Shown one piece after another: positions 39,833-49,565 of a stretch of DNA of 64,000 nucleotides. The position numbers were made by a program, and so were the translations under genes. The stretch is from Armatimonadota bacterium. GTDB lineage: Bacteria; Armatimonadota; SYMT01. The stretch lies in the NCBI GenBank assembly GCA_046292385.1, contig JBKBRF010000011.1:83822-147821 (forward strand). The letters are read 5' to 3'. Positions within the stretch are counted from its first letter, which is position 1. Every line of letters begins with the position of its first letter. The notes under the pieces were generated by a model, which saw nothing but the letters and a program-made list of their open reading frames with translations, did not search any database and was not told where the DNA came from.

Positions 39833-39978
39833 GGGTGTAAGAAAAGGAGATGGGGGGATGAGTTGGAGATGAGGGGGATGTCATAAGGGCAGACGGATGA
39901 GGGCGGAGTGCGGAACACCGAACCGCTCGTGAACGATGGGTTCGGTCCTCTGCACTCCGCACTCTGCACTCCGCACTC
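39833..39978. repeat. Composite purine tract and GCGGAGT/ACTCCGC palindromic repeat
   Basis: GAGGGCGGAGTGCGGAA ... CTGCACTCCGCACTCTGCACTCCGCACTC; related to 17868-17996. Confidence 0.65.
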
Positions 39979-40792
39979 AGATCGCTTTCGCCGTCTCCAC
40001 GGGGCGGATCGCGCGGCCGATCGCCTCCCGGAGCTGAGAGACCGAGAACGGCTTCGTCACCACCCCGCGCAGGTTCGGATGCGAGCGATGGGAGGCGACT
40101 TCGATCGGGAGTCCGGTCAGGAACAGCACCGGCATCGACGGCCAGCGGCGGCCGATCGCTTCGAGCACGTCGGTGCCCAGCATCGCCCCGGCGAGCTGGT
40201 GATCGAGAAGCACCAGGTCGAACGGCTCCTCATCCAGGCGGCGCAGCGCGTCCTCGCCGCGCCACACCAGGGTCGGCTCGCAGCCGATCGAGGGCAGAAG
40301 CTGGGAGAGGAGGCTGCGCATGGGGGCCTCATCTTCACCCACCAGTACGCGAACGGTGGCTTCCGCCTTCACCCGCCCCGTCTCCGCCGGGAGCACGGGG
40401 AACCAGGCGCCGCCCTGGGCCACTTCCCGCAGCGCCGGGATCAGCTCGGAGCCGATGCGGTCCTTCGGCACCAGCCCGGAGGCGCCGGCTGCCTGGGCCT
40501 GGCCGGAGAGAGTCTCGTCCGAAAAGCCGGTGCAGAACAGCACGCGCGGGGGCTCCTCCGCGCCTCCAGCGCGCCGCCACTGGCTCCGGGTGGAGAGGAG
40601 CTGGAGCCCATTGGCGCCCTCCAGCTCGTAGTCGAGCAGCACCACGTCGATCTCTTCCTGGCGCAGGTAGGTGAGCACCGCCCCGGCACTTCCTGCCAGC
40701 CCCACGAGCTGCACGTCCGGCTCCAGCGAGAGGCGAGTCGCCAGGTATGACCGCACCGAGGGGTCGTCTTCTACACAGAGGACTCGGATCAT
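39977..40792 (-). CDS. Tandem two-receiver-domain response regulator
   Basis: Two REC domains (VLCVEDD..LLD..K; VLVGEDE..LLD..TKPF); no output domain. Confidence 0.85.
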   Translation of the reverse strand: MIRVLCVEDDPSVRSYLATRLSLEPDVQLVGLAGSAGAVLTYLRQEEIDVVLLDYELEGANGLQLLSTRSQWRRAGGAEEPPRVLFCTGFSDETLSGQAQAAGASGLVPKDRIGSELIPALREVAQGGAWFPVLPAETGRVKAEATVRVLVGEDEAPMRSLLSQLLPSIGCEPTLVWRGEDALRRLDEEPFDLVLLDHQLAGAMLGTDVLEAIGRRWPSMPVLFLTGLPIEVASHRSHPNLRGVVTKPFSVSQLREAIGRAIRPVETAKAI

Positions 40793-41015
40793 ACTTTTCC
40801 CTCGCGGACAGCGCGCGGCTGCCCGCCGCCGTGGAATCGCGGCGCGATTGAGCTTTGTCTTATGATCCAACCTGCCGTGGGGTTGGGCAATGCCTCGGCG
40901 GCCAGTTTTTAGTGGCCGGTTGGCCATCAGCTGGTCGCCAACCGGCCGGCGGCGGGGAGGTCAACCGGCCGATAGCGCCGGAACATGCAGGAAAGCCCGC
41001 GCTAACCAGACGGTC

Positions 41016-41669
41016 ATGCCGATTTCGATAGTGATTGCAGAAGACGACTCCCTGCTCCGCCCCCTGCTGGCGGAGAGACTCGCCCGAGAGGAAGACTTCG
41101 AGGTCGTCGGCCGCGCGGGAACCGGCCGCGAGGCGGTGGCGATGGTGACGCAGCATGCTCCGGACCTGCTGCTGCTGGACCTGAACCTGCCGGAGCTTTC
41201 CGGCTGGGAAGTGATGGAGCGCCTGGCCAGCCTGGAGACGCCGCCGCGGGTGCTGGTGCTGAGCGGCGAAGAGGGCGAGCGGACGCAGCTGGAGGCCGCG
41301 CGAGCCGGCGCGCAGGGGTTCATGTGTAAGTCGCTGGCCGTGCGGAAGCTGCCGGAGGCGATCCGCGCGATCTTCTCGGGCGACGTCTGGTTCCCGCGAG
41401 AGGTGATCGGGCAGGTCTTCCGGGACTATCCCCGGCTGATCCACACCGAGCGGGAGCAGGAGAAGCCGCTCCGGCGCCTCTCGGACCGGGAGCGCGAGGT
41501 GCTGATCCGGGTGGCGCGCGGCCTGACCAACCAGCAGATCGCCGGCGAGCTGTACATGAGCATCAGCACCGTCAAGGTGCACATCAGCAGCATCCTGCAG
41601 AAGCTGGACCTCCCGAACCGTACGGAGGCCGCCGTCTTCGCCGTGCGAGAGGGCTTGCTGGACCACTGA
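41016..41669 (+). CDS. NarL/LuxR-family response regulator
   Basis: REC domain (IAEDD, LLDLNLP) plus LSDREREVL..GLTNQQIA..TVKVH HTH. Confidence 0.93.
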   Translation: MPISIVIAEDDSLLRPLLAERLAREEDFEVVGRAGTGREAVAMVTQHAPDLLLLDLNLPELSGWEVMERLASLETPPRVLVLSGEEGERTQLEAARAGAQGFMCKSLAVRKLPEAIRAIFSGDVWFPREVIGQVFRDYPRLIHTEREQEKPLRRLSDREREVLIRVARGLTNQQIAGELYMSISTVKVHISSILQKLDLPNRTEAAVFAVREGLLDH

Positions 41670-41843
41670 ACCGGCTCACCTCGCTCCGGAGCGCGGCACG
41701 CCGTGCCTGCGACGGGAACTTCTTTCGTGCCTGCGTGCGGAGCTTTATCGAGTCTGTTCCGGGCGCGTTAAGATGTAGGGAGCGCTCGCGCCCGCCGGTC
41801 CGTCGGCCAGCTCGTCCGCGCGGTGGGCCGCCACCTGATCACC

Positions 41844-42944
41844 ATGTCGAACGCTACCGTCTTCTCGCCAACTCCAACTGCCAACGGTTCCCCGCTGCTC
41901 CGGGTTTCCGAGCTGCGCAAGCATTTCCCGCAGCGCGGCGGCATGTGGGGGCGCGGCGGCGGCGTGGTGAAGGCGGTCGACGGGGTGAGCTTCGACGTCT
42001 ACGAAGGGGAGACGCTGGGGCTGGTCGGGGAATCCGGCAGCGGAAAGAGCACCACGGGGCGGCTGATCCTGCGGCTGCTGGAGCCGACCTCCGGCGAGTG
42101 CCGCTTCCGCGGCCAGGACGTCTTCCGCGCCACCAAGCCGGAGCTGCGCGCGCTGCGGCGCGAGATGCAGATCGTCTTTCAGGACCCGTACGGCGCCTTC
42201 AACCCCCGGATGACGATCAGCCGGATCATCGGGGAGGGGCTGGAGCTGCGCGGCATCCGCTCTCCTCGGGAGCGGGACGCGGAGGTCGCCCGGCTGCTGG
42301 AGCTGGTGCAGCTTCCGCCCGCGGTCCGCTCGCGCTATCCCCACGAGTTCTCCGGCGGACAGCGGCAACGCCTCGGCATCGCCCGCGCTCTCGGGGTGCA
42401 GCCGCGCTTCCTGGTGGCCGACGAGCCGGTCTCCGCGCTCGACGTCTCTACCCAGGCGGAGGTGGTCAACCTGCTGCTCGACCTGCAGGAGCGGCTCAAG
42501 CTGACGATGCTCTTCATCTCCCACGACCTGAGCGTGGTGCGGGTGATGTCGGACCGCGTGGCAGTGATGTTCGCCGGCAAGATCCTGGAGCTGGCGCACA
42601 CGGAGGCGCTCTTTAAGAACCCGCTGCAGCCGTACACGCAGGAGCTGCTGCAGGCGATCCCGGTCCCGGACCCGGAGCGCGCCCGGCGCGGTTTGCGAAC
42701 GAGCCCGGAGGAGGCGGCCGCCGCGGATGCCCAGCGCGGCCCGAGCGGCGAGGGCTGCCCCTTCGCGAGCCGCTGCCCGCACGTGATGGAGATCTGCCGT
42801 CAGCAGATGCCGCCGCTGGTCGACTTCGCCCCGCGCCTGGGGGAGAGCCACCCCCATTTCGCCGCCTGCCACTGGGTGGAGCAGGATACCGCCCGCGCGG
42901 CGGAGGTCGGTCACGCGACGCGCGCCGCCGGCTCCGCGAATTAG
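41844..42944 (+). CDS. Oligopeptide/dipeptide ABC ATP-binding protein (OppF/DppF-like)
   Basis: [38 protein letters not shown], Cys-rich C-terminal GCPF..RCP. Confidence 0.93.
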   Translation: MSNATVFSPTPTANGSPLLRVSELRKHFPQRGGMWGRGGGVVKAVDGVSFDVYEGETLGLVGESGSGKSTTGRLILRLLEPTSGECRFRGQDVFRATKPELRALRREMQIVFQDPYGAFNPRMTISRIIGEGLELRGIRSPRERDAEVARLLELVQLPPAVRSRYPHEFSGGQRQRLGIARALGVQPRFLVADEPVSALDVSTQAEVVNLLLDLQERLKLTMLFISHDLSVVRVMSDRVAVMFAGKILELAHTEALFKNPLQPYTQELLQAIPVPDPERARRGLRTSPEEAAAADAQRGPSGEGCPFASRCPHVMEICRQQMPPLVDFAPRLGESHPHFAACHWVEQDTARAAEVGHATRAAGSAN

Positions 42945-43041
42945 CGGGAACTCACCCCCGCTTACCGGAACCTATTGATAGAAGCTACGGACCTTACCCC
43001 TTGAGGGCGCACCCGCTCCTCGATCGAGGATCCAACCCGAA

Positions 43042-44847
43042 ATGAAACGAGCACTCTCCCTGGTCGGCATTCTGGCCCTCGGCACCGCGGTGGCGGGCTG
43101 CTTCGGCGGCCCCGGCGGTCCCGGCGGGGGGCTTGCAGATAACAACGGAAACAGCCCCGGCAGCATCTCGCAGGGCGGCCCCGAGCCGGTGACGGAGCCG
43201 GGCAAGTACGGCGGCACCCTCACCACCTCTTCGATCTCGTCGCCGAAGACGTTCAACCCGCTGCTGGCGGCCGAGACTTCGTCGACCGAAATCCTGGACG
43301 AGCTGTTCCTGCCGCTGAACACCCTGAACTACCACACGCTGGAGTGGGAGCCGCGGCTGGCGGAGCGCCCGGAGATCAGCGAGGACGGTCTCACCTATAC
43401 GTACCGCCTCCGCGAGGGCCTCAAGTGGAGCGACGGGCACCCGCTCACCACGGATGACGTGGAATTCACCATGAAGGTGATCTACGACCCGAAGATCGAG
43501 ACTCCCCTGCGCGAGGGGAAGCTCATCGACGTGGTGCAGCCGGACGGCAGCCTGAAGCGCGAGCAGTTCAAGGTGACGAAGGTCGACGACCGGACGATCC
43601 AGTTCACCCTGCCGGTGAAGTTCGCGCCGGCCGACACCGTTTTCGCCTTCCCGATCATTCCGAAGCACAAGCTGGAGAGCGCCTACAACGCGGGCCGGTA
43701 CAACTCCACCTGGACGGTCAGCACGCCGATCTCCCAGCTCGTGAGCAGCGGGGCGTGGGTCATCTCCGAGTACGTTACCGATCAGCGCGTCGTCTTCTCC
43801 CGGAACCCGCACTCCTGGATGACCTCCGACGACGGCAAGCCGCTGCCCTACCTGGACAAGTGGGTCACGCTGATCGTGCCGGACCTGAACGCCACGATCC
43901 TGAAGTTCCGGAACGGCGATACCGACGTCACCGGCGTTCCGCAGAGCGAGTACCCGTCCATCGCGGAGGGTGAGGAGAACGGTGACTATCGGGTGGTCAA
44001 CACCGGGCCCGGCTGGGGATTCAACTACCTCGGCTTCAACCTGAATCCTACCTCCGGCGTAGACAAGAACCTGATCGCGCTCTTCCAGGACGTGCGCTTC
44101 CGGCGCGCGGCGTCCCACGCGGTGAACCGCCAGCGGATGGTCGACGAGATCTTCCGGGGTCTCGCCCGCCCGCTCTACGGGCCGGTCTCCCCCGCCAACT
44201 CGCAGTTCTACTTCGAGGACGTGCCGAAGTACGAGTACGACCTGGAGAAGGCGAAGGCGCTGCTGGACGAGATGGGCGTGAAGGACACAAACGGCAACGG
44301 CTTCCGCGATTACCGCGGCAAAGAAGTGAAGTTCAACATCCTCACCAACAACTCCAACGAGCTGCGGAAGTCGATGGCGACGATCGTCACCTACGACCTG
44401 AAGCAGATCGGTCTGAATGCCCAGTTCTCGCCGATCGACTTCAATGCGCTGGTGGGGCGGCTCGACGCCAAGCCGTACAACTGGGAGGCGACGATCCTCG
44501 GCTTTACCGGCGGTCCGGAGCCGTACGCGGGCAGCAACATCTGGCGCAGCTCCGCGCCGCAGCACCAGTGGTGGCCGAAGCAGACGAAGCCCGCCACCGA
44601 GTGGGAAGCGGAGATCGATCAGCTCTGGTCGCAGGGCGCCCAGGAGCTCGACCCGGTGAAGCGTAAGGCGATCTACGACCGCTGGCAGACGATCGTCGGC
44701 GAGCAGCAGCCGTTCATCTTCACCGTGGTGACCGACATCATCTACGCCGCTCGGAAGCGGCTCGGCAATATGAAGCCGACCTCTCTCGGTGCCGTGTGGA
44801 ACGCCGAAGAGATCTTCGACCGCCAGGCCACCCGCGACCAGCCGTAG
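43042..44847 (+). CDS. Peptide ABC transporter substrate-binding lipoprotein (SBP family 5)
   Basis: VAGC lipobox, GGTL, PKTFNP, LREGLKWSDG.P.T.DDV.FT. Confidence 0.93.
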   Translation: MKRALSLVGILALGTAVAGCFGGPGGPGGGLADNNGNSPGSISQGGPEPVTEPGKYGGTLTTSSISSPKTFNPLLAAETSSTEILDELFLPLNTLNYHTLEWEPRLAERPEISEDGLTYTYRLREGLKWSDGHPLTTDDVEFTMKVIYDPKIETPLREGKLIDVVQPDGSLKREQFKVTKVDDRTIQFTLPVKFAPADTVFAFPIIPKHKLESAYNAGRYNSTWTVSTPISQLVSSGAWVISEYVTDQRVVFSRNPHSWMTSDDGKPLPYLDKWVTLIVPDLNATILKFRNGDTDVTGVPQSEYPSIAEGEENGDYRVVNTGPGWGFNYLGFNLNPTSGVDKNLIALFQDVRFRRAASHAVNRQRMVDEIFRGLARPLYGPVSPANSQFYFEDVPKYEYDLEKAKALLDEMGVKDTNGNGFRDYRGKEVKFNILTNNSNELRKSMATIVTYDLKQIGLNAQFSPIDFNALVGRLDAKPYNWEATILGFTGGPEPYAGSNIWRSSAPQHQWWPKQTKPATEWEAEIDQLWSQGAQELDPVKRKAIYDRWQTIVGEQQPFIFTVVTDIIYAARKRLGNMKPTSLGAVWNAEEIFDRQATRDQP

Positions 44848-44934
44848 CCCAACCTATCGGGAGCCCCGGCACCCTCGCACTCGCGGGCCGCCGGGGGCTC
44901 CCCCGCTGCCGGGACCTTCATCACCAACGCGTCT

Positions 44935-45900
44935 ATGTTCCGCTTTCTCCTGCGCCGCGTGCTCCAGATGATTCCGCTGCTGCTGGGAATCTCGCTGATC
45001 TGTTTCGGCGTGATGCAGCTCGCCCCCGGCGACTACCTGACCCAGATGCAGGGGAACCCCACGATCAACCCGGAGACGATCGAGCGGCTGCGGCGGAGCT
45101 TCGGCCTGGACAAGCCGTGGTACGTGCAGTACGTGCTCTGGCTCAAGAACGCGCTGATGCTCAACTTCGGGGTCTCGTTCGAGCTGAAGGAGCCGGTCTT
45201 CTCCATCATCGGGCAGCGCACCTACTACACGCTGCTGCTGTCGCTCTCGGCGATGATCCTCTCCTGGCTGGTGGCGCTGCCGATGGGCATCTACGCCGCC
45301 ACGCACAAGAACGGCCTGATCGACCGGCTCACCTCCGCCATCGCCTTCTGCGGCATCTCCCTCCCCGGCTTCTTCGTCGCGCTGGTGGCGCTGCTCTTCG
45401 CGCAGAAGACCGGCTGGTTCCCCGTCGGCGGCGCGGAGAGTCCCAACCACAGTTCGCTGAGCGCCTGGGGCCGGTTCCTCGATACGGCACACCACCTGGT
45501 GCTGCCGGCCCTGGTGCTGGGCACTCGCGGCGTGGCCTCGCTGATGCGCCAGATGCGCGGCAACCTGCTCGACGTGCTGGGAGAGAACTACGTGCTCGCC
45601 GCGCGCGCCCGCGGTCTCCAGGAGAAGGTGGTGATCGTGAAGCACGCGGTGCGCAACGCGATCAACCCGCTCATCACGATCCTGGGGTACGACCTGGCCG
45701 GCCTGCTGGCCGGAGCCGCCCTGGTGGAGACCGTCATGTCGTGGCCCGGCCTGGGGCAGCTTCTGCTCCGCGCCGTGATGACCCAGGACGTCTACCTGGC
45801 GATGGGCTCCTTCGTGATGGGCGCCGTGCTGCTGATGCTCGGCAACCTGGTGGCGGACATGCTCCTGGCGTTCACCGATCCCCGTATCCGGTTCTCGTAA
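44935..45900 (+). CDS. Peptide ABC transporter permease (OppB-like)
   Basis: FGLDKP..VQY..WL, ARARGL..KHAVRNA, ETVMSWPGLG. Confidence 0.93.
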   Translation: MFRFLLRRVLQMIPLLLGISLICFGVMQLAPGDYLTQMQGNPTINPETIERLRRSFGLDKPWYVQYVLWLKNALMLNFGVSFELKEPVFSIIGQRTYYTLLLSLSAMILSWLVALPMGIYAATHKNGLIDRLTSAIAFCGISLPGFFVALVALLFAQKTGWFPVGGAESPNHSSLSAWGRFLDTAHHLVLPALVLGTRGVASLMRQMRGNLLDVLGENYVLAARARGLQEKVVIVKHAVRNAINPLITILGYDLAGLLAGAALVETVMSWPGLGQLLLRAVMTQDVYLAMGSFVMGAVLLMLGNLVADMLLAFTDPRIRFS

Positions 45901-45930
45901 TCGTACACAGCCCTCGCGGCCACTGATTTC

Positions 45931-47313
45931 ATGCAGACCGACCCGACGCAAAAGGATAAGCCGGAAGCCCCGGACCGCGGCGGCAAGCCGCAGGACGGCG
46001 CCCACGAGGAGACGCGTCTCCAGGGTACTCCCGTGCCCGGCGAGGAAGTCCCCGCGCCGGCCCCCGAGCCGGCGGACGGCTACGCGCGCGCCGGGGACGC
46101 GGTCGCCGCCAGCGAAGGCCGGCTGGTCGGCGCTCCGGCGCTGGAGCCGGCGGGGGGAGCGGACGGGGCGGAAGCCGCTCCGGCGCCGCCGGCGACCACC
46201 GCGGACGCGCGGGCGCAGGGGCAGCTCCTCACCGGCAAAGCGGCGCGGGCGGCTCTCTCCGCGGTTTCGCTCTCCCCCACTCAGCTCGCGTGGCGCAAGC
46301 TGAAGAAGAACCGGCTGGCGGTGCTCGGCGGCATCACGCTGATCCTTCTCTACCTCGCCGCGCTCTTCGCCCCGTTCCTGGCGCCGTACAGCTTCTCCTC
46401 ACAGGACCCCGGCACGGCGCTGCACCCGCCGATGAAGGTCTACTTCAACCCGGCGCCCACAGTCTACGGCACCAACCGCACCTACGGGCAGTTCCGCGAG
46501 CGGATCTACGTGGAGGATCCGCAGAAGCCGATGCCGCTGAAGTTCTTCGTCCGGGGCGAAGACTACAAGCTGTTCTGGTTCATCCCGACCAACATCCACC
46601 TGTTCGGCGTGGAAGGCGGGCGGGTCTCCCTGCTGGGGACCGACGAGTTCGGACGCGACTACCTGAGCCGGCTGCTCTACGCGGCGCAGATCTCCCTCTC
46701 GGTAGGTCTGATCGGCATCGCGATCTCGTTCACGCTGGGGCTGCTGATCGGCGGCATCAGCGGCTTCTACGGCGGCCGGGTAGACGACGTAATCATGCGG
46801 ATCTGCGAGGTCTTCATGAGCGTGCCGGACTTCTACCTGCTGCTCGCGCTGGCCGCCATGCTGCCGCCGGACCTCCCGCCGGCGGTGGTCTACATCATGA
46901 TCATCGCCATCCTCTCATTCGTGGGGTGGGCGGGCATGGCGCGCGTCATCCGCGGGATGGTGCTCTCCGTCCGGGAGCGGGAGTACGTGGAAGCGGCGCG
47001 GGCGCTGGGGGTCTCGGACGGCAAGATCATCGTCCGGCACGTGCTGCCCTCCACCTTCACCTACGCCATCGTGGCGGCGACCCTCTCCATTCCCGGCTAC
47101 ATGCTCGGTGAAGCGGGCCTCTCCTTCCTCGGCCTCGGCATCCGCGACCCGATGCCGTCCTGGGGCAACATGCTCACCGCCGCGCAGAAGCTGAGCATCC
47201 TGGAGAACAGCCTCTGGATGCTGACGCCCGGCCTGATGATCTTCATCTCCACGCTCTCGTTCAACTTCCTGGGCGACGGCCTCCGAGACGCCCTCGATCC
47301 GAAGTCGAAATAG
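45931..47313 (+). CDS. Peptide ABC transporter permease (OppC-like) with long disordered N-terminus
   Basis: LGTDEFGRD..SRL, EYVEAARALG, LSFLGLG..PSWG, NFLGDGLRDALDP. Confidence 0.93.
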   Translation: MQTDPTQKDKPEAPDRGGKPQDGAHEETRLQGTPVPGEEVPAPAPEPADGYARAGDAVAASEGRLVGAPALEPAGGADGAEAAPAPPATTADARAQGQLLTGKAARAALSAVSLSPTQLAWRKLKKNRLAVLGGITLILLYLAALFAPFLAPYSFSSQDPGTALHPPMKVYFNPAPTVYGTNRTYGQFRERIYVEDPQKPMPLKFFVRGEDYKLFWFIPTNIHLFGVEGGRVSLLGTDEFGRDYLSRLLYAAQISLSVGLIGIAISFTLGLLIGGISGFYGGRVDDVIMRICEVFMSVPDFYLLLALAAMLPPDLPPAVVYIMIIAILSFVGWAGMARVIRGMVLSVREREYVEAARALGVSDGKIIVRHVLPSTFTYAIVAATLSIPGYMLGEAGLSFLGLGIRDPMPSWGNMLTAAQKLSILENSLWMLTPGLMIFISTLSFNFLGDGLRDALDPKSK

Positions 47314-47315
47314 TA

Positions 47316-47424
47316 GTCAGGGGTCAGGGCTCAGGGGCCAGGGATCAGCCCGACGCGGCTCGTTCCTACTGGTCCCTAGACCCTTAGACCCTTAGACCCT
47401 AGACCCTAGACCCTAGACCCTAAA
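47316..47424. repeat. Heptamer repeat element (GTCAGGG / CCCTAGA arms) inside the opp operon
   Basis: About 7 ACCCT(T)AG units ending just before the oppD-like ATG. Confidence 0.8.
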
Positions 47425-47426
47425 GC

Positions 47427-48347
47427 ATGTCCGACACCATCCTCTCGGTTCGCAACCTGCAGACGTACTTCTTCACGGATGACGGTGTGGTGAAGGCGGT
47501 CGACGGCGTCTCGTTCGACATCCGCCGCTGCGAGACGCTCGGCATCGTCGGAGAATCCGGGAGCGGGAAATCGGTCACTTCCCTCTCCGTGATGCGCCTG
47601 GTGAGCCGGCCCGGGCGGATCGTCGGCGGGGAGATCCTGTTCAACGGGCAGGACCTGCTGAAGCTCTCCGAGGCGCAGATGCGCGACATCCGCGGGGACG
47701 ACATCGGCATGATCTTCCAGGAGCCGATGACGAGCCTCGACCCGCTCTACACCGTCGGCAACCAGATCCTGGAGGCGATCCACCTCCACCAGAACCTGCG
47801 CGGCGAGGAGGCGCGCCGGGCGGCGATCGCCGCGCTGGAGGCCGTGGGTATCCCCAACGCGGCGCAGCGGATCGACTCCTATCCGCACCAGATGAGCGGC
47901 GGCATGCGACAGCGCGTGATGATCGCCATCGCGCTGAGCTGCAACCCGGAGCTCTTGATCGCCGATGAGCCGACCACCGCGCTCGACGTGACGATCCAGG
48001 CGCGCATCCTCGACCTGATCAAGGACCTGCGCGTGCGGCGCCAGATGGCGGTGATGCTGATCACCCACAACCTGGGGCTGGTGGCGGAGATGTGCGACCG
48101 CGTGATCGTGATGCACGGCGGACGCGTGGTGGAGGCGGCGCCGGTGCAGAAGCTCTTCAAAGGCCCCGCGCACCCCTACACGCAGGGACTGCTCCGCTCC
48201 ATCCCCACGCTCGACAGCCCGCCCAAGCGCCGCCTCCCCACGCTGGAGTGGTTCCCCACCGACGAGCAGCGACAACGCTCCAACCTGGTCGCCCTCGCCG
48301 AAGACCACTACGTCTCCGAGTGGGTGGCCGGCAGCCGGGCGGGCTAA
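47427..48347 (+). CDS. Peptide ABC ATP-binding protein (OppD-like)
   Basis: [44 protein letters not shown]. Confidence 0.93.
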   Translation: MSDTILSVRNLQTYFFTDDGVVKAVDGVSFDIRRCETLGIVGESGSGKSVTSLSVMRLVSRPGRIVGGEILFNGQDLLKLSEAQMRDIRGDDIGMIFQEPMTSLDPLYTVGNQILEAIHLHQNLRGEEARRAAIAALEAVGIPNAAQRIDSYPHQMSGGMRQRVMIAIALSCNPELLIADEPTTALDVTIQARILDLIKDLRVRRQMAVMLITHNLGLVAEMCDRVIVMHGGRVVEAAPVQKLFKGPAHPYTQGLLRSIPTLDSPPKRRLPTLEWFPTDEQRQRSNLVALAEDHYVSEWVAGSRAG

Positions 48348-48472
48348 GGGGTGCGCTGGAGTGATTGGCCGCTTTTGCCTCGGACTAAAGTCGAGGCTAC
48401 ACGGAGCGAAGCCGCCTTCGCGGGCTCAGAACTCTACCGGTAAACGTGTCAGTGACCTCCCACAACCCCTTA
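48345..48472. mobile_element. MITE-like element family B, copy 2
   Basis: TAAGGGGT ... ACCCCTTA terminal inverted repeat; similar to 17672-17803. Confidence 0.7.
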
Positions 48473-48686
48473 GTACGCCGTCAGTCCGGGATCTGGCAAG
48501 GAAGAGTGGGAGACGTCTGTTGCAGGTTGCAGGTTGCAGGTTGAGAGCTCCCCGGTGGGTGGAGTTCGGAACCTGAAACCTGCAAACCTGCAACCCGCTC
48601 ACAGCAGCGAGGGAGCGGCTCTCCCACTCCCCCACTCTCCCTTGCTCCCACTCAGTCCCGGAAGAAGTAGCTGGACACACCACTAA
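48471..48686. mobile_element. MITE-like element family A, copy 2, carrying a nested GCAGGTT/AACCTGC element
   Basis: Ends match 18879-19034; extra ~80-bp palindrome at 48518-48596. Confidence 0.7.
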
Positions 48687-48733
48687 CGCTTCTCCGAGCT
48701 CCCTCGGAGCGACATCCCCCTCGAGGCGACCTC

Positions 48734-49486
48734 ATGAAGCTTCCCCACGCCCTCTGCTCCTTCGGACTCGCGGTGCTTCTCGCCGCTCCGGCCGCGGCGG
48801 AGCGGAAGGTGGTGACGCCCGGGGTGCTCCCCCAGCGACATGCCGGGCAGGTCTACGTCGCCGCGCGGCTGGCAAGCGCCCTCTGCGGAGCGGAGCTCCG
48901 CTGGCGGGAGGCCGACCAATCCGTGGAGATCGGCCGCAGCGGGCGGGTAGTCCGCTTCCGGCTCGGCAGCCCCGAGGCGATGGTGAACGGTCGCGCCGCG
49001 CGCCTGAAGCCGGCGCCGTACCGCCGCGAAGGACAGGCGATGGTGCCGCTGCGGCTGATTGGCGAGGCCCTGGGGGTACCGGTTGGGTTCGAGCCGGGAA
49101 CCGAGAGCGTGGTAGTGGGGCCCGGCGACGACGGTGTGCTCTGGACCCTGCCGCTCGAGACCCGGCGCCAGGGGATCGTCGTTCACAGTCCGGAGCCGGG
49201 CTCGGAGTGGACCAAGATCATCCGCGTGCACGGCCAGATGAACGTGCCGGGCGCGAACGTCGTCTTCCAGCTCCAGGATGCCGACGGCAAAGTGCTCACC
49301 GAAAACTCCCTCCGCCCGGAGCACCGGGGCTCCGGGCAGTTCGGCGAGTTCATCCACCTGATCGGGCGGGCCGAATCGGGCGGCGGCACCCGCGAGGTGC
49401 GGGTGGTGGTCTTCGCGGTCGACCCGGACACCGGCCGGGAGCTGCACCGGGTGGCGGTTCCGGTCACTCTCCACCTGAGCGATTGA
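48734..49486 (+). CDS. Exported copper-amine-oxidase N-terminal (stalk) domain plus Gmad2-like Ig domain protein
   Basis: Signal peptide; AMVNG..APY..G.AMVPLRLIGEALG; C-terminal P.PG..IRVHG..G.F beta-sandwich. Confidence 0.75.
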   Translation: MKLPHALCSFGLAVLLAAPAAAERKVVTPGVLPQRHAGQVYVAARLASALCGAELRWREADQSVEIGRSGRVVRFRLGSPEAMVNGRAARLKPAPYRREGQAMVPLRLIGEALGVPVGFEPGTESVVVGPGDDGVLWTLPLETRRQGIVVHSPEPGSEWTKIIRVHGQMNVPGANVVFQLQDADGKVLTENSLRPEHRGSGQFGEFIHLIGRAESGGGTREVRVVVFAVDPDTGRELHRVAVPVTLHLSD

Positions 49487-49565
49487 GGGCTACTCGCACG
49501 GCCGGCGGAGCTCTTCGGCGGCGCCCCCGCGTGAGTGGGGCACCGCTCGAAGCAGTCGATCTCTC

